A stretch of 64,000 bases of DNA from Octopus bimaculoides (Eukaryota). The stretch is taken from positions 30,023,492-30,087,491 of the forward strand of contig NC_068992.1 of the NCBI RefSeq assembly GCF_001194135.2. The letters run 5' to 3'. Position 1 is the stretch's first letter. Each line of letters starts with the position of its first letter. Below, piece after piece: positions 12,250 to 25,870 of this stretch. The notes beneath the pieces are model-generated. The model ran no database searches. It was given only the letters and a program-made list of their open reading frames with translations, and had not been told where the DNA came from. The translations under genes and the position numbers were made by a program.

Positions 12250-13880
12250 TTAATTTCCATACTTAAATGCATAGAAGACGTTCGACCCTGTGCCTCGGAC
12301 ATGGATGATAGAATCACAACACCTTGCCAAATTACCTGATGCTATAGTGAATACCATTGAAAGACTGACCACAACATGGTCTACGGAGTTATCACTAACA
12401 ACTATTAAAGCAATGGTTAATGTTACAAACAGCATTAACCTATCAACAGACAGTGAAACCCTCGTTAGTTAACAAAATGCCAAGTTTATATGCTGAGATA
12501 TGCAAAAAATAATAATTTTAATGTCATCCTTAGATTCTTTGTTGATGAATTGAAGTTAAATTCTGGTAACACGCTCAACATTAAGACACAATTAGAACTA
12601 GTTACAACATTTTCATGAGTCGTGGATATGGAGTTTGGGCAAGATAAAGGGGCAAGATAAAGGCTCCTGCATGAGAGCCAACCGAAGAAATATTGTTGAC
12701 CAGATAACTTGTACATCAATAGCTTGTCGATCTCCCCTATCTACAAGCTTCTCGAAACCGATGAGAAAGCTGCATGCGCTGATGCTGTAGACTAAGCAAA
12801 ATATGGAACTCAAAGCTGCATTTAATAAAACCATATCGCACAATGCTTTTGCAGTGCTAGCCCTAGAAACAATATTGGGAATATTGGACTGGACGCACAA
12901 CAGAATACGAGATTGATAATATCTATGTGAGATGAAGTGAAGGCGGTAGTGGCATATAACATTTGAAATAACATTTGAAAGTCGCCTTGTATCTCTCTGA
13001 CAACAGATGCTGTGCAGTAAAGAAAGGAGTACATTCTATATATATATCAAAAAGTGAGAGTAACAACATTTTCAGAGTTGAAGAACTACTGTGCAGTTAC
13101 TCTGATAATATAATTGTATCGTGTGACCTAGTTTGGTATGCCTAAACAGAGGCTGGAGAGAAGCTGACACCATACCAGCAAAAAGCAATGCGCGGGTACT
13201 CATACCGTAAGTTGGAGGGCAACAACAACATTGACAGGAAGAGTAGCCTATGTGGACCTGCGATAAATACATTACATACCACAAAGAAGGATATGCCTTC
13301 GCTATCCAGCAACTGGAGATAGCTACTAAATAACTGATAAGCAACAGCGACAAAGATAGCACGAATACACCCCGTTGTGCTAAAAATGTCGGCTCTGTTA
13401 TACCAGTTTTGAATATATCACCCACAACAATTGCCCCAAAATGTCTACGAGATACTACCTACCCCTGAGACATGATATAGTTGCAAAGACTATCCACAAG
13501 AAGGATTGCTCTGGCGTATGCATCAAAGGCATGTCAGAACCGGAATACGTTCACACCATTATAAACAAAGAATACTGGTGAAAACTCCAATGAAATTAGC
13601 TGCCCAGCAGATGTAAGTGTACAATCATATGTTCAAGAGAAAGAGAATATATATGCCTAATTAATGTGGAAATTACAGCTCTTGTATACTGACTCTTAAT
13701 TGTCACATGTGTAACTATCATCATAGGAGCATTAGGTTATGCACTAAGAAACTTTCATGAAATTTATGTAGAAATATCAGGGTTTTCAAAGGAAGAGCAA
13801 ATCCGAAGTGGATTCTCCAAACCCAATCTGTTACTGGTAGCGTGAAGACTGGTAAGACATTCCAAAAATTATCCATCTGA
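12250..13880 (+). mobile_element. Decayed R4/NeSL-type (restriction-like endonuclease) non-LTR retrotransposon
   Basis: Broken translation gives RT-like pieces TWMIESQHLAKLPDAIVNTIERLTTTWST, DELKL...DMEFGQDK, NAFAVLALETILGILDWT, then EGYAFAIQQLEIATK and RHDIVAKTIHK. Many stops and frameshifts. Confidence 0.75.
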
Positions 13881-16321
13881 GATTCTTTTAGTTACTAGAT
13901 GCATACATCGGTAGGTCAACCAACAAATCAACTCAACCACATATTTACAAAACACCGGGAACTCTAGGAGCGTGTTCGTGTTTGCTTCTATGAGATGATG
14001 GATTTTTTCTGAACTTTGCAGGCGGAAGGGACGAACCTACACTATATAAATTAGACTTTCCGAAAGTACGCGCAAATAATCGTACCATAGACAAGTTGTG
14101 ATGAAGTGAAATTCTCAACCACGCCTACGTGTATGCAATACAAATAATTCCATACAGATATTAGGTGGGAAAATAAAATGGAAACAGAGAGAGATAATTA
14201 ATCATATTTAGCAAAATATTTTCTTATTGCTTATGGAAAGAACCCCCAGGAATAATTTCTTCGTTTTTACGCATTATAATCCCAAACAATTCCTATTTGT
14301 TGATCTTGCCGTTTTAATCCGAACTAAATCCTATAACCTGCCATTTTACAAGTCATTTCAAGACTTCAGTTATGAAAACAAAACTATTCATGATAAATTT
14401 TATTGAATTAGATAAAAGGAAAATGCGAAAGCCAAAAAGGTTCTGCTGTTTAAATACGTTTCCGAGCAACTGAATGTAATTGTTTCCGTACATGTTAGGC
14501 AGGATTACGATTTAGTTCTATTCATCATTGATTCTAACTTGTATAGCTTAAGATATTGAATCAGGAAAAATGAATAATGCTTAAATGCTGATTTACAGTC
14601 AACCACATTTGTATACAACCGACCCATTAAGTGTGGAGACGCAACAGATATAACGTTATAAATTTATATTTATATAATTTATATAAATATTGTTAAATAA
14701 CAGCAATTTTGATATATATATATGTTAAAACAAAAATTTTAATTTTACCAAAGGTTTCTAAGTCCAAAATTAAAATTTTAGTTGTAATAATTACTGCTCT
14801 ATCCTCTAGAGTGTGCTTCTTTTCCGATATATGTTCTATTGACTATAAGTCTAAGACATTTCAATTTAAGAGGGAATTTAATAAAAATGATTAAAAAAAT
14901 TATATAAATAATATATTACCTGTTCCAATATATCTCATCTTCTCAAATATCAGTAAAAAAACAACACTTTATTTTCTATATGGGGGTCAAGAACATGTAT
15001 GTATATGTGTGCGTGAGTGTGTATGTGTTTGTGTGCGTGTGTGTGTGTATTGTTAGGTAACAGTAATTAACAATGAAATCCTTAGTACTTGTTTTACGAA
15101 TTCACAAAATCACTAAATTATTTTGAAAAATAATTAACGTGGTTCAACTAAATAACGCAATGTGTTATTTATGTGTTTACGCAACTAGAAAATTTAGTAG
15201 CCACTCTCATCGAACGTCAAGAATCACTAGCACTCTGTGGAACTCTCTTTTATGGTGCGGCTTTTATTAGTTGATATAAAGTGTTTTATTTCTCTTCTAG
15301 ATGGAACTTGCGCGTTTAATTATCTAGCAGGCTTCCTTATCAAGTTAGATAACTAATTCGAGCATTTTTATTTTGACTGACAAAAATACGTTGGCTTATA
15401 TCTAGTCGCCATTGTTCAGTAGGTATGTAACTGATCAACACTGAGGAGTTTCCTTATAGAAGAAGAGCAGATAGCAACGACTAGAAAGGGAAACATTGAG
15501 GTATCCTATGTCATTAAATCAACCAAACAGTGAAGAAAAGAAATCACTCCATTGCTTTTTGCCATTATCAACTGCCTTAAACCGATCAATAAGTTGTATT
15601 AAAAATAAATGTTTTAATAAAGAGGGAAAAATAGAGAGAGAGGGAATGTTCCACAGGAAAATGACTTGCGACATTCACTTAAATATAAGCACACAATTCA
15701 TTAAAGAAACAATTCTGAGACTGCATTTCTGCACATTATATTTGTACAACTACTGCAAAGAAAACAATAACCTCATGGAATGGAGTGAAAGGAAATGAAT
15801 AGGAAAATATAAAACCATGAGTAATTCAAGAAGCTGTAGGTAAACAGACCTTTCGATAAGACAAAAATAATTCGGGATGCGTTTAACATTGCATTAATGC
15901 GAAAACCATGTGTTATATAAAAAATAAAAAAAATGACGGAAAGCTTCATGTATACCAATCAATGACAGCTGGTGAAAAGCAGTCATTTTGAGCATGAATT
16001 CAACAACTTATAAAACACACAGGGATCTGAAAATGAGCAACGTGCACAGTTTTACAGAAATGAATTGGGAATAAACGAAAATGCAACATGGAACTCAGAC
16101 ATCATTAATACAATGTCATGATAATCTAAAGTATAACTTGTCTTACGTGAGGATGCAGGGAATGCTATCACGAAAGGATAAAACTAATTGTAAAAAATAC
16201 CAATAAAAACAAATAATACCAGCAGCTGTTAGAACAACAACTGCATCAACTACTACTACTGTGATTACTAAATTTAATATTACTACTAGCACTGATAATT
16301 AGTGGCATTACAAAAATCCTT

Positions 16322-16533
16322 CATACTAGAGGCACAACGCCTGAAATTTGGTGGGAGGCGACTATTCGATTATATCAACTCCACTGTTTCACTGGTACTT
16401 AATTTATCGACCCCGAAAGGATGAAAGGCAAAGTAGACCCCGGTGGAATTTGAATTCAGAACCTAAGAACGGGAGGAATACCTCTAAACATTTCGTCTGG
16501 CGTCCTATCGACTCTGCCAACTCATCGCCTTAA
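16322..16533 (-). mobile_element. SINE family A, near full length
   Basis: ggtacttaatttatcgaccccgaaaggatgaaaggcaaagtagaccccggtggaatttgaattcagaac...gactctgccaactcatcgcctt. Confidence 0.9.
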
Positions 16534-17341
16534 AGTAGTATTACAATAATATTATTTTATACAATAATGATAATAATAGTAACGCAAATAAAGCCTTGTG
16601 TTATAAAGGCATGGACATTACAAAACAGATTCGAGACAAAAATAAATCATATATCAGAGCAGGCCAGAGCAATATGTGAAATATAGAAGGATTTGTCAGT
16701 TACTGTAACTAAAAAATAAAAAAAAAGAAAAAAAGAAAAAAAGCTATTATCAGGAGGATATTATATCACAAGAATGGGAATGAAGACACAACGAAAATCT
16801 AAAATAACATTAAAAGATCAAAATCAAATAAAAAAGATTAAACAATAGAAAAAATTACTAAATTCGTAGCAACATTGACGGACGACAAAGACAACTGTCA
16901 AGACATTGAATCAATTCATAGGAAAGTACAATGCAATGCATGATCAATCCTGATTAAACGAAAAAGAAAAAAAAAATATTATGTTTAGCAGATTATAGAA
17001 TGTTATCAAAAGAGATAGCAGAATGTTCTACTCAACAAGATGTCCATCAATCCCTAGTGAAGTTTATCCCAGATGAATAGTATCAAATAATAATCTGATA
17101 GCCAGCGAATTAGATGAATGTTTCCAGAGAAGTGAAGATCAAAACTGATGTACTATCAACCCACTGCTTGAATAGAAGAAAAAAAAAAGAAAAAATAATC
17201 GAAAAAGAAAAAAGAAAAGACAATAGGTTGCAGAGGACGAAATGAATTGAATGTAGAATTTGAATACGCTGCCAACTGAGGGATCACCATTCAAACGAAT
17301 CCTCAGCATATGTACATATACTCACACAGACATGCCCCCCC

Positions 17342-17357
17342 CCCACACGCACACTCA

Positions 17358-17405
<48 letters not shown>

Positions 17406-17440
17406 CGCGCACACACGCTTACGCACACGTACACATACAC
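17342..17440. repeat. (CA)n microsatellite
   Basis: Direct inspection. Confidence 0.9.
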
Positions 17441-17634
17441 ATAAATATAACTAAATAAAAAAAATCAATGCCTGACTGCTTAATAGAAGAATAAATGTTA
17501 TATTGCCACTAAATTTATAAAAAGTGAGCAGACTCATGTGCAACAACGGTGACGGCCTTTGAACCCGTGTTTTAGATTTGAATGCTTTGTGAAATACATA
17601 ATGATTTCTGATTTAGGAAAAAGATTTGCAATTT

Positions 17635-17810
17635 TGAGACAAGAGACTTATTCGATTACATCGTCCCCACTATTTGATTGTTACTTTAGTTTATCGATCT
17701 CAAAACGATGAATGGCACAGTTGACCTCGGAAAGATTTGAATTCAGAAAGAAAAAAAAATTCTAAACAAATAACTCCAAGCAGTTTTCTTGGCATTGCAT
17801 CTAATTTAGT
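17635..17810 (-). mobile_element. SINE family A, diverged
   Basis: ttcgattacatcgtcccca...tttatcgatctcaaaacgatgaatggcacagttgacctcgg...tttgaattcaga. Confidence 0.75.
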
Positions 17811-20699
17811 AGCTGACGGGCTTGTGCGACATCTAATATTTCAAGAGGTAAAGCAACGCGCACTAAAGTATATGTTGTTTAGCTGCCTTTAACAAAAATA
17901 AGTCAGATACTATATGTGTGTGATGATGGCAACCGTTGTGCAGTTTACGAATGTGGAAATAGACAATTTAATACAGTTTTCTTGAAATAAATTTCGAATT
18001 ATGCAGCAGAAGTAGTACAGTTGAAGATGCAATTTTTATTTGCTATAGTCATTGGCTCGCTCACCGGCACACGAGGGTGAATCAAAACAATTGAAGCGTT
18101 ACAATACGTTCTAACTCATCCTCGTGCATCACGTTAGATTAGATACAATGGGAAAACAGAAGGTGATGTTCTTCGCCTGAGAAATTCCCTCCAGAGTAAA
18201 ACGATAATTCTATAAACAAATCTTTGCTGGGCTAAAAACAGCAGCTTCTGGCGTTTTTACGCAACACTTACGTTAAGCATTTTATATAGATAAAGAATAT
18301 TGGGAATTTATGTTGAAGCCTAGATGACAGATGTGGGCTATCAAGGTATGGTTTAGAGAAGGGCATTTTATAATTAGTTATAAATACAAAAAATGATATT
18401 TATAATGTTTATAAATGTTAAATAAGAAAATATATTTGGTACTTCAAAAAATCCGAAGATTTAAGGCCTGCATGTTAAATACCTAACATGTTAAATACCT
18501 AACACTGTCGACCATCCATCGCTATACATACACACATACATGCACACACGCGCGCGCACACCACACACACACAAATACACAAACACACATGACACACATA
18601 CACATACGGTTATATGTATATATTTATTTAAATTAAATAGGTATGCGTTTCTATATGTACTCACGGGTTAGTTTAAGTAGTAAAATGTTGACATGTTTTC
18701 GTTATAGTACAACATTTTGGTACAGTTACTGTTACTCTATGGATATTTTTCTTCCCAAGCGATGCCTTTTCTCAATCGTAAAGATCTTCGAAACCAAAAC
18801 AAATGTGCCAATACGTATACCTACTTTTACCCAGTAAATTTGAAATCGTCTAAATCATTAGATAGTTGTCCCTAAAGAATGTGCTTCACTGGACGGAACA
18901 AGTAGTAGTCGGAGAACACCACATTCGTGAAATATGTTAGTTTAGAAAGCAAAGACCAGTTCAATTTGTCGATTCTCGATTTGCAGGATTTTGTGCCTTA
19001 GATGGGTGAAGCATTGTTATGACGAATATAATTTGTTTACTTATCTTTCTTTTAATGGTTTTTCTTGGCGTTTTTCAAGGTTGAATTTACATCTGGCTGT
19101 TCACAGGAAATAAAGGTGAACGACACTCTTGTCATGTAGCGTAAACTATCATCATAGCTGTGTCAAACGATCTCCCATTCGAAGCAGGCGTTAACTACCA
19201 GAGCAACAATTGTGCACACCTTTTATCCCAAGGTTTCAACCATATATTCTATTTATTACGAATCAAAATTTGTTTATGTCATTACCTCACTAATTCTATC
19301 AGAGGTATCCACACAAATCAATTCGACCGCTTGTCAGTGGTCGCAGTTAATGCACCCCTATCTGTTCTTTGTCTTCAATGGTAGTTTTCTTACTTTAAAA
19401 GTCTTCCATCTGTGCTCCACCTGTAGATTTCCGTGTATATCGGAATGCCTGCAAACCAACAGTAATACTTTACATATTTGAACCTAAACTTATTCCATAT
19501 TTTAAAAGCATATTTGAACTGGGATTTCCCAACTTCAGATTAATTTTACTTATTTACTTTCTATAACTCTATTTACATATTTAAACCTACTTTTATCCCG
19601 TTGTTTTGATATTTAAATCATAGTTAGTCGTCCACTTTTAAATGCATTATAAATCCATTTCCACTGTTAGTATCATCTTTTTGGCGGTTAGTTTTGGTTT
19701 TGAGATAGTGTACTGTGTATTAGATGATATTACTCAATGTATTCATCGTATATTTTATTAGAGTAGTGTGAAATTGGATAGGAATTTGGATTCTATTGCT
19801 TGGAGGTTGACTTTCTAATGTGTGTTTTTCAAGAGATATTCTTATAAATCATTCATAAATCAGTATTTTCCCGGCAAGGCTATACTTTAAAACTGTATGA
19901 GTGTAAAATACGACATACACACAAGTTGATAGTAAAACTCATTTTAAATATGTCTTCTCTTCCGGGGATTAATTAACTTTAGAGAAACATGCAAACAATC
20001 AAAGTAGTGATTTCAATAATATCGAAAATATCTAATTAATGAATATATTTATTTTGTCACTAAAAACAAATATTTCGCAATTATAAAAAAAAAATCACGA
20101 AAATATTCATTAAGAAGAAATATCACCCCTACGGAGATAATTTTAGAGAAATCAATATTTTAAAAATAAACGAACAAGTAGGGCTAATGTCCATATGAAA
20201 AAGACATTGCATGGCAATCCCCTAGGAGAAAAATATTTGACCTCGTCTTAAGCAAAATGTTTACAGAAGAAAGAAAGCGAAGTTGCTTCTATTTAAATGA
20301 GCAGAATATTAATCTTAACATCGTATATCCAAGTACAATGAAAATATATTGCATTGTGATATACTTATGCACTGAAATTTGTTTCGGATGGATTAGATTT
20401 TATATGATGTATAACTCTTCCAAATAACTTGGAATATATCTGCACTTGCAAAGGAATGTAATATATTGTGATTTATAACCATTGTGAACAGTTTTATTTA
20501 TAGAGCTCCAGTCATTTCTCTGGTATCACAGCAGACATTTTCGTAATTCATAGTGTACACTGCTGACGACTGGACAACAGAAACTCAACTCACCAACGTC
20601 TCGAAGTCAATTTCAAAAAAAAAAAAAAAGAGAAAAGAAATAGAGATATCACGCGAGCGACTCTGGAGGCAGACTAATTGCATAACATGTTTCCAGTGT

Positions 20700-21520
20700 T
20701 TCTCAAGGAAGAGCACGTACGCATTTTAAGGTCCGGTTTGGCTCCCCACCACTCTTTTATTTAATATTTCTATAGCTTGTCTCTCGTTACTCCCAACAAC
20801 AACATTTGTTGATATCATCATTGATGATTTTTCTAACCTTCAACACCCCACATTGATCCACATATAATTTTGCATTGACACCATGTAAAACGGTCTTGAT
20901 AACACTCTTCACCGTTTCATGCCATTTATGTCTACTTCACGAAGTATCGAATCTAAACCAATGTAGCAATCGAAACCAATATAACATACATCAAGAAAAT
21001 ATTACTGTGACTTGTCTCAAGCTATATATGTGACATAAGGGACGAGGTAATACTAGGTCACAGCAAATGATAGGTCATAGCATTATGATGTATTTTGGTA
21101 AACGTACTTCCTCAATAATTAAAACGTCTGCATCATTAAAAAATTGGTCTTTTTTATAATGTATTAAAAATAGTTCAACTATTACCGTTCTTCATGGTTA
21201 AGGTCACAGCCACAATGTATAAGTGCTTCTGCCTTTAGGTCCATAGGCTTCTGCCTTTGTAGTCATTCTAGATTGCATTTGGCATGGACACGGTCACTAT
21301 TGTGATTCAATCTAATATTCTTCTATTCTCTCTTTCACACTCTCTACCAGTTCAATCATATATCTCTACTAGTCTCACATCGGCATTTGTTCCTGGGATT
21401 TTAGCCCGACACGTGTCGCCTCTGTTAAGCGCTTCAAATTCACTACTTTGTTGTGTCAGTAATAATATATCAACCACAAATGCCCTAATAGTATTACTAA
21501 ACTCATTCATTACTTTTTAG
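20700..21520 (-). mobile_element. Possible very old RTE-like LINE remnant
   Basis: Minus strand shows faint RT-like (NADVRLVE) and RTE 3'-end-like (ttccttgagaaacac) traces; heavily degraded. Confidence 0.3.
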
Positions 21521-22644
21521 AATTTTCACCCTCTACAAATCTCTAACTGCAGAGTTTTGAGAAATGTATTGATCTTATCAGCCACAGAGAGCTAGCATTG
21601 TCTAAGGACCCTCTTCGAAACCTAAACGATAAAACAAACATGCGGACTGTCTCTAATGATAAACATACCACATACCAATTATGATATCAAGAACAACTAA
21701 ACCATTCCCTTCTATGTGAAGATTCCATTACTTATTATGATAGCTAAGTGATAGTATTTCGTTGGGTGGTAAATGTTGATTGGCACTTGATAAAAAGGAT
21801 GTTTAAAAACGGTTTAACGGAATTATTCAATGAAAAATTTAAAACTTTATGTTATTCTATACATTGAATTATATGCGATTATGAGATCTATTGTCATGTC
21901 TCACCTGTCTCGATACTGCAAGTTAAAGTAGCCGTCGAATATTTGCCATGAACACTATGCAATGAGTGTATATAAGCAACCTCGCTGCAAGCTGCTATTA
22001 TGGCAGCCAGTCTCGTGACCATTCGCACAATCGTTTATAGTATATATTGATTTCTCTATAAATATGTAGAACAAGAGCTATTATATCAGACGCTTTTGGC
22101 GAAGATATATGCTTGCTATCTCTTTGAGTCTACTTCTAGTTATGGACAGCATAAAGTTACGAGTGCCACAAAATCTCATGAATGCTTACATATAAATTGG
22201 GTTAATCTATATAAATACATGTATCGAAGTGTGGTTAATCGAATACAGTTGATAAGCTTATAGAATATTATAGTATATTGCATGATTCGAAATACACATC
22301 ACTTTAGTACTGATTTTAATGATTTCGAGAGGTCTATAATTTTCATTGATTCCTACAATGTCTCAGAAAGAGGGGCCACGAAAGAAACTTTGTAAATTGT
22401 TGCTTAACCCGGTAGAGTTAATAATTAAATACTGATAATGATTCAACCTCTCGTCTAATATGCTAAAACATATGATACGCGTCTTGAAATTAAAATGCCA
22501 TTAACAAACCGATGTTGACTGGGCAAAGGTTTGGACTGATAATCACGTTGTCCAACACTATATCTCCATGAAATATGAAAACAAAATCATTGGAAGTAAA
22601 AAATTTAGAATATCCTACATTGCAAATTTTTCTAATACAGAAAT

Positions 22645-22805
22645 CGAAGGCGCGGCTGTGTGCTTCCCAACCACATGGTTTCGGATCCAGTGCTACTGTG
22701 TGGCATCTTGGGCAAGTGTTTTCTACTATAGCTTCGGGCCGACCAAAGCCTTGTGAGTGGATTTGCTAGTTGGAAACTGAAAGATGATCGTGTGTATATA
22801 TATAC

Positions 22806-22846
<41 letters not shown>

Positions 22847-23050
22847 TAGATAGATAGATATATACATATACATTGACAACCGGTGTTGGTGTGTTTACGT
22901 GCCCGAAACATAGCGATTCGTCAAAAGACACCGAATGAATAAGTACTAAGCTTACAATGAATAAGTCCTGGGTTCTATTTCTCTGACTAAAAGTGGTGCT
23001 CCAACATGGCCAATGTCAAAAGAATGAAACGCGTAAAAGAGTAAAATGAA
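22645..23050 (+). mobile_element. SINE family C with internal (TA)n microsatellite
   Basis: Head, then ggcatcttgggcaagtgttttctactatagcttcgggccgaccaaagccttgtgagtggattt, internal TA run, tail gtgctccaacatggcc...gtaaaagagtaaaa. Confidence 0.75.
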
Positions 23051-23259
23051 CTACAAATAAAAAATCCTTACGTGAATATGAATACATTTCTTGAACCATA
23101 TCAATAAAAACAATTACGAGAAAAAGTGAAGTTAACGATATAATATCCACAAACAATGCACACAATATGTAGTAAAATAGATCAGTGTATATTGTAAGGT
23201 TATCCCAGTGTATACAATTATGACATAGAAAACAGCACATGTAATGATGCACTTATACT

Positions 23260-23720
23260 GCGGGTGTGATGAAACAGCTCAGTTGTTCTAGTGAGAGGGT
23301 TTAGTTTAAGAGTAGGTATAGTGAAAGTTAGTTTTAGATTTAGTTGTTATGACTTAGTAGTCGTTGTAGTGAAACACTACATCAGTACTTTAATGAATAC
23401 AACAAAGATTATTACCACTTGTAATGAGAAGGCGTAGCTACTTGAAATGTGATTCCTGTTGTGGCTGTAATGAAACACACAACTCAATGATAATTGCAAT
23501 GAAACAACTCCTTGGTGGTTTAAATAATATAGATAGATGTTGGTATTAATGACATAGTTACGTGACAATTTTAATGACAGTTATAATAGGGTTGAAATGA
23601 AACACTTCTATATTAGTTATAATATCTTCGAAGCCCTTGTAATGAGACAATTCTGTGACATTTTAATTGAAACATTCCTTGACGCTTTTAATGATAAAAC
23701 TTAATGGTGATTGTAAATTT
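23260..23720. repeat. Decayed minisatellite, period about 24 bp
   Basis: Motif related to TTGTAATGAAACA at about 23364, 23389, 23419, 23442, 23465, 23494, 23545, 23569, 23592, 23637, 23661 and 23685. Confidence 0.55.
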
Positions 23721-24699
23721 ACTTATGGCTGAACGGACAAAATCGTGGTAAATTTTATGAAAGATGTCAGTGTTGCTTGTAGTGACCTAGCTTTACTTCA
23801 AACATTGATGGCTGTTAAGAAACAAATCAGCGTTCTTGAAAGATTCTAGAATTCTAACTTCCCGTCAAGGAAATGCAGCCCAGCAGGCCCACTTCTATCT
23901 GGATAACTGAATGTAACACCTCCTCCCTATAATTTGAAATAATCAAACTATCATACTTCTGTTACCTCAAATTTTGTTGTATTTACAAGGAAACTGAGAC
24001 GTCGGTCTTGTTTTGAGAGAAATATTATACTAACACTTATCCCCTTCGACAATAACTTATCCTGTACGAAGGATTACTTTGATGTTATGATGGGACCTTC
24101 AGGGTCTGTCTAAGTTATGGAATTTGACATATTTCTACTGTGTCGACACAAATGTTTCTGAAATCGGATGGGGTTTCTAGGGGATGATGCTTTACTCAGT
24201 TATCGCGTCATATAAATATGGTATAGAACATACATAGAAAATTGTCTATAAATTTGTCAATAATTACAAATTATCTGTAAACTCTAACAAGAGACTAAAA
24301 CGGATATCCCATTCATATCGTTTAATTCCTTTCACAAAAACAATGACTGCCGCTAAAATATTCGTAAATGTTTCCAATTTATGAACAGGAGTTTTGACTT
24401 CATGCGAGATGATTTTAGATATTATTGTTTATTTGCCGTGTATAATAATTATAAGCCTAATAGGTATAATAATCATTCCATATTTAAAATAACGGCAAAG
24501 GTTATCTGCATCATGGAATACAAATGAATACATACACACAAGCATACACATACACACAACACACGGACGCACATGCACACACACACGCACATGCACACAC
24601 ATTCACACACTCATGGGCTAAAGTTGAAGATATGTTGTCTTTTTTTTTTCATAAACAGCCTGATTTGTTATTAAAATGCCAACAGCATCGGAGAGCATA

Positions 24700-25000
24700 A
24701 AGATGATAGTTGCAGTTGAGAGAATGCTAGCTCACATGGAGGAATGGAAGCTGTCGGAATATTGGGAAAGATTTACCTGTCTCATGATGATTCGCACCGA
24801 GTAGTGAAATACCGACATCCAAATGCTGATCAATACTCATGGACTCCTGCAACGGAAACTACGATGCCGTGACTAGCAAGAAGGGACCCCGCCGGAATAC
24901 ATCACCACGCATTTGAACAGACGCTAAGAGCAAATTGAAACAGCTATGAAATGCTTCTGATGACTGTGGTCAATCCATGATTGGAGACTTTTGCTGCTGG
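24700..25000 (+). mobile_element. Possible decayed LINE 3' region
   Basis: GC-elevated island with a faint WTP...GP/RP-like motif; not convincingly assignable. Confidence 0.2.
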
Positions 25001-25821
25001 AAGGCGTGTAAGGATGGCAGTAGGATTTTCCACGTTGGCTTTGGAGTGCGGGGTAGTCATCGGATAATTTTTACGAATTCACCAGCCTCATTTGCCAGAT
25101 TCTAATTTATTAAATAATACGTCTAGGGCGTGATTCAGAAAGTCCCAAACTACCCTGCATGCATCAACAAGGCTGATTAAACACGTGTTTGAAGATCCTC
25201 CTAGGTGTGTGTCAGAGTGAACAACGCATGAGAGTGGGAAACATTCCCCAAAATTTTCCCTTACTTTGCACCATTACAACAGGCTCAGATGCTAAGGAAC
25301 AATGCAATATAATTCAGTAACACTCAGTGTAATTCAACATTCAATATAATAGTTATAAATGCATAAAAAACAAACTTATTACTAGGAAATATAAAAATAG
25401 AAATCTAATTGCATAACAGAAATGTCCAGTGTGTTAATACCTCGAAACAACATCAAAAACAGTATAGCCAAACGCAGACGGCATCATAAAATCATAGCAT
25501 CAAAAACCAACTCAATGAACCAACAGGGACAAAAACAAATCTGGAATGGAATTGAATTCTAATTAAACCACACACACCAAGCGTAAATAACTATAGCAAC
25601 TTATTTTCTTCACCAATGAAAATAACATCGAACGCAAACACCCGGCTATATATAGTGATCAACTGCCCCTCATGGTATACTCTACTACTGTGGAATTCAC
25701 ATGAGACATCAAATAATGCAGTCCACAATATACTGTGTTACACAAAAACGATGAGTTAGTTAAAGCTAGTGTGTCACAAATCGTAATTCTGATCAGGCAA
25801 TAATATTCCTAGGGTTGAACA

Positions 25822-25870
<49 letters not shown>

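Noticed and set aside
20560-20605. CTGACGA...GAAAC...GTC hammerhead-like word order
   Set aside because: Stem I does not form and stem II does not abut the core.
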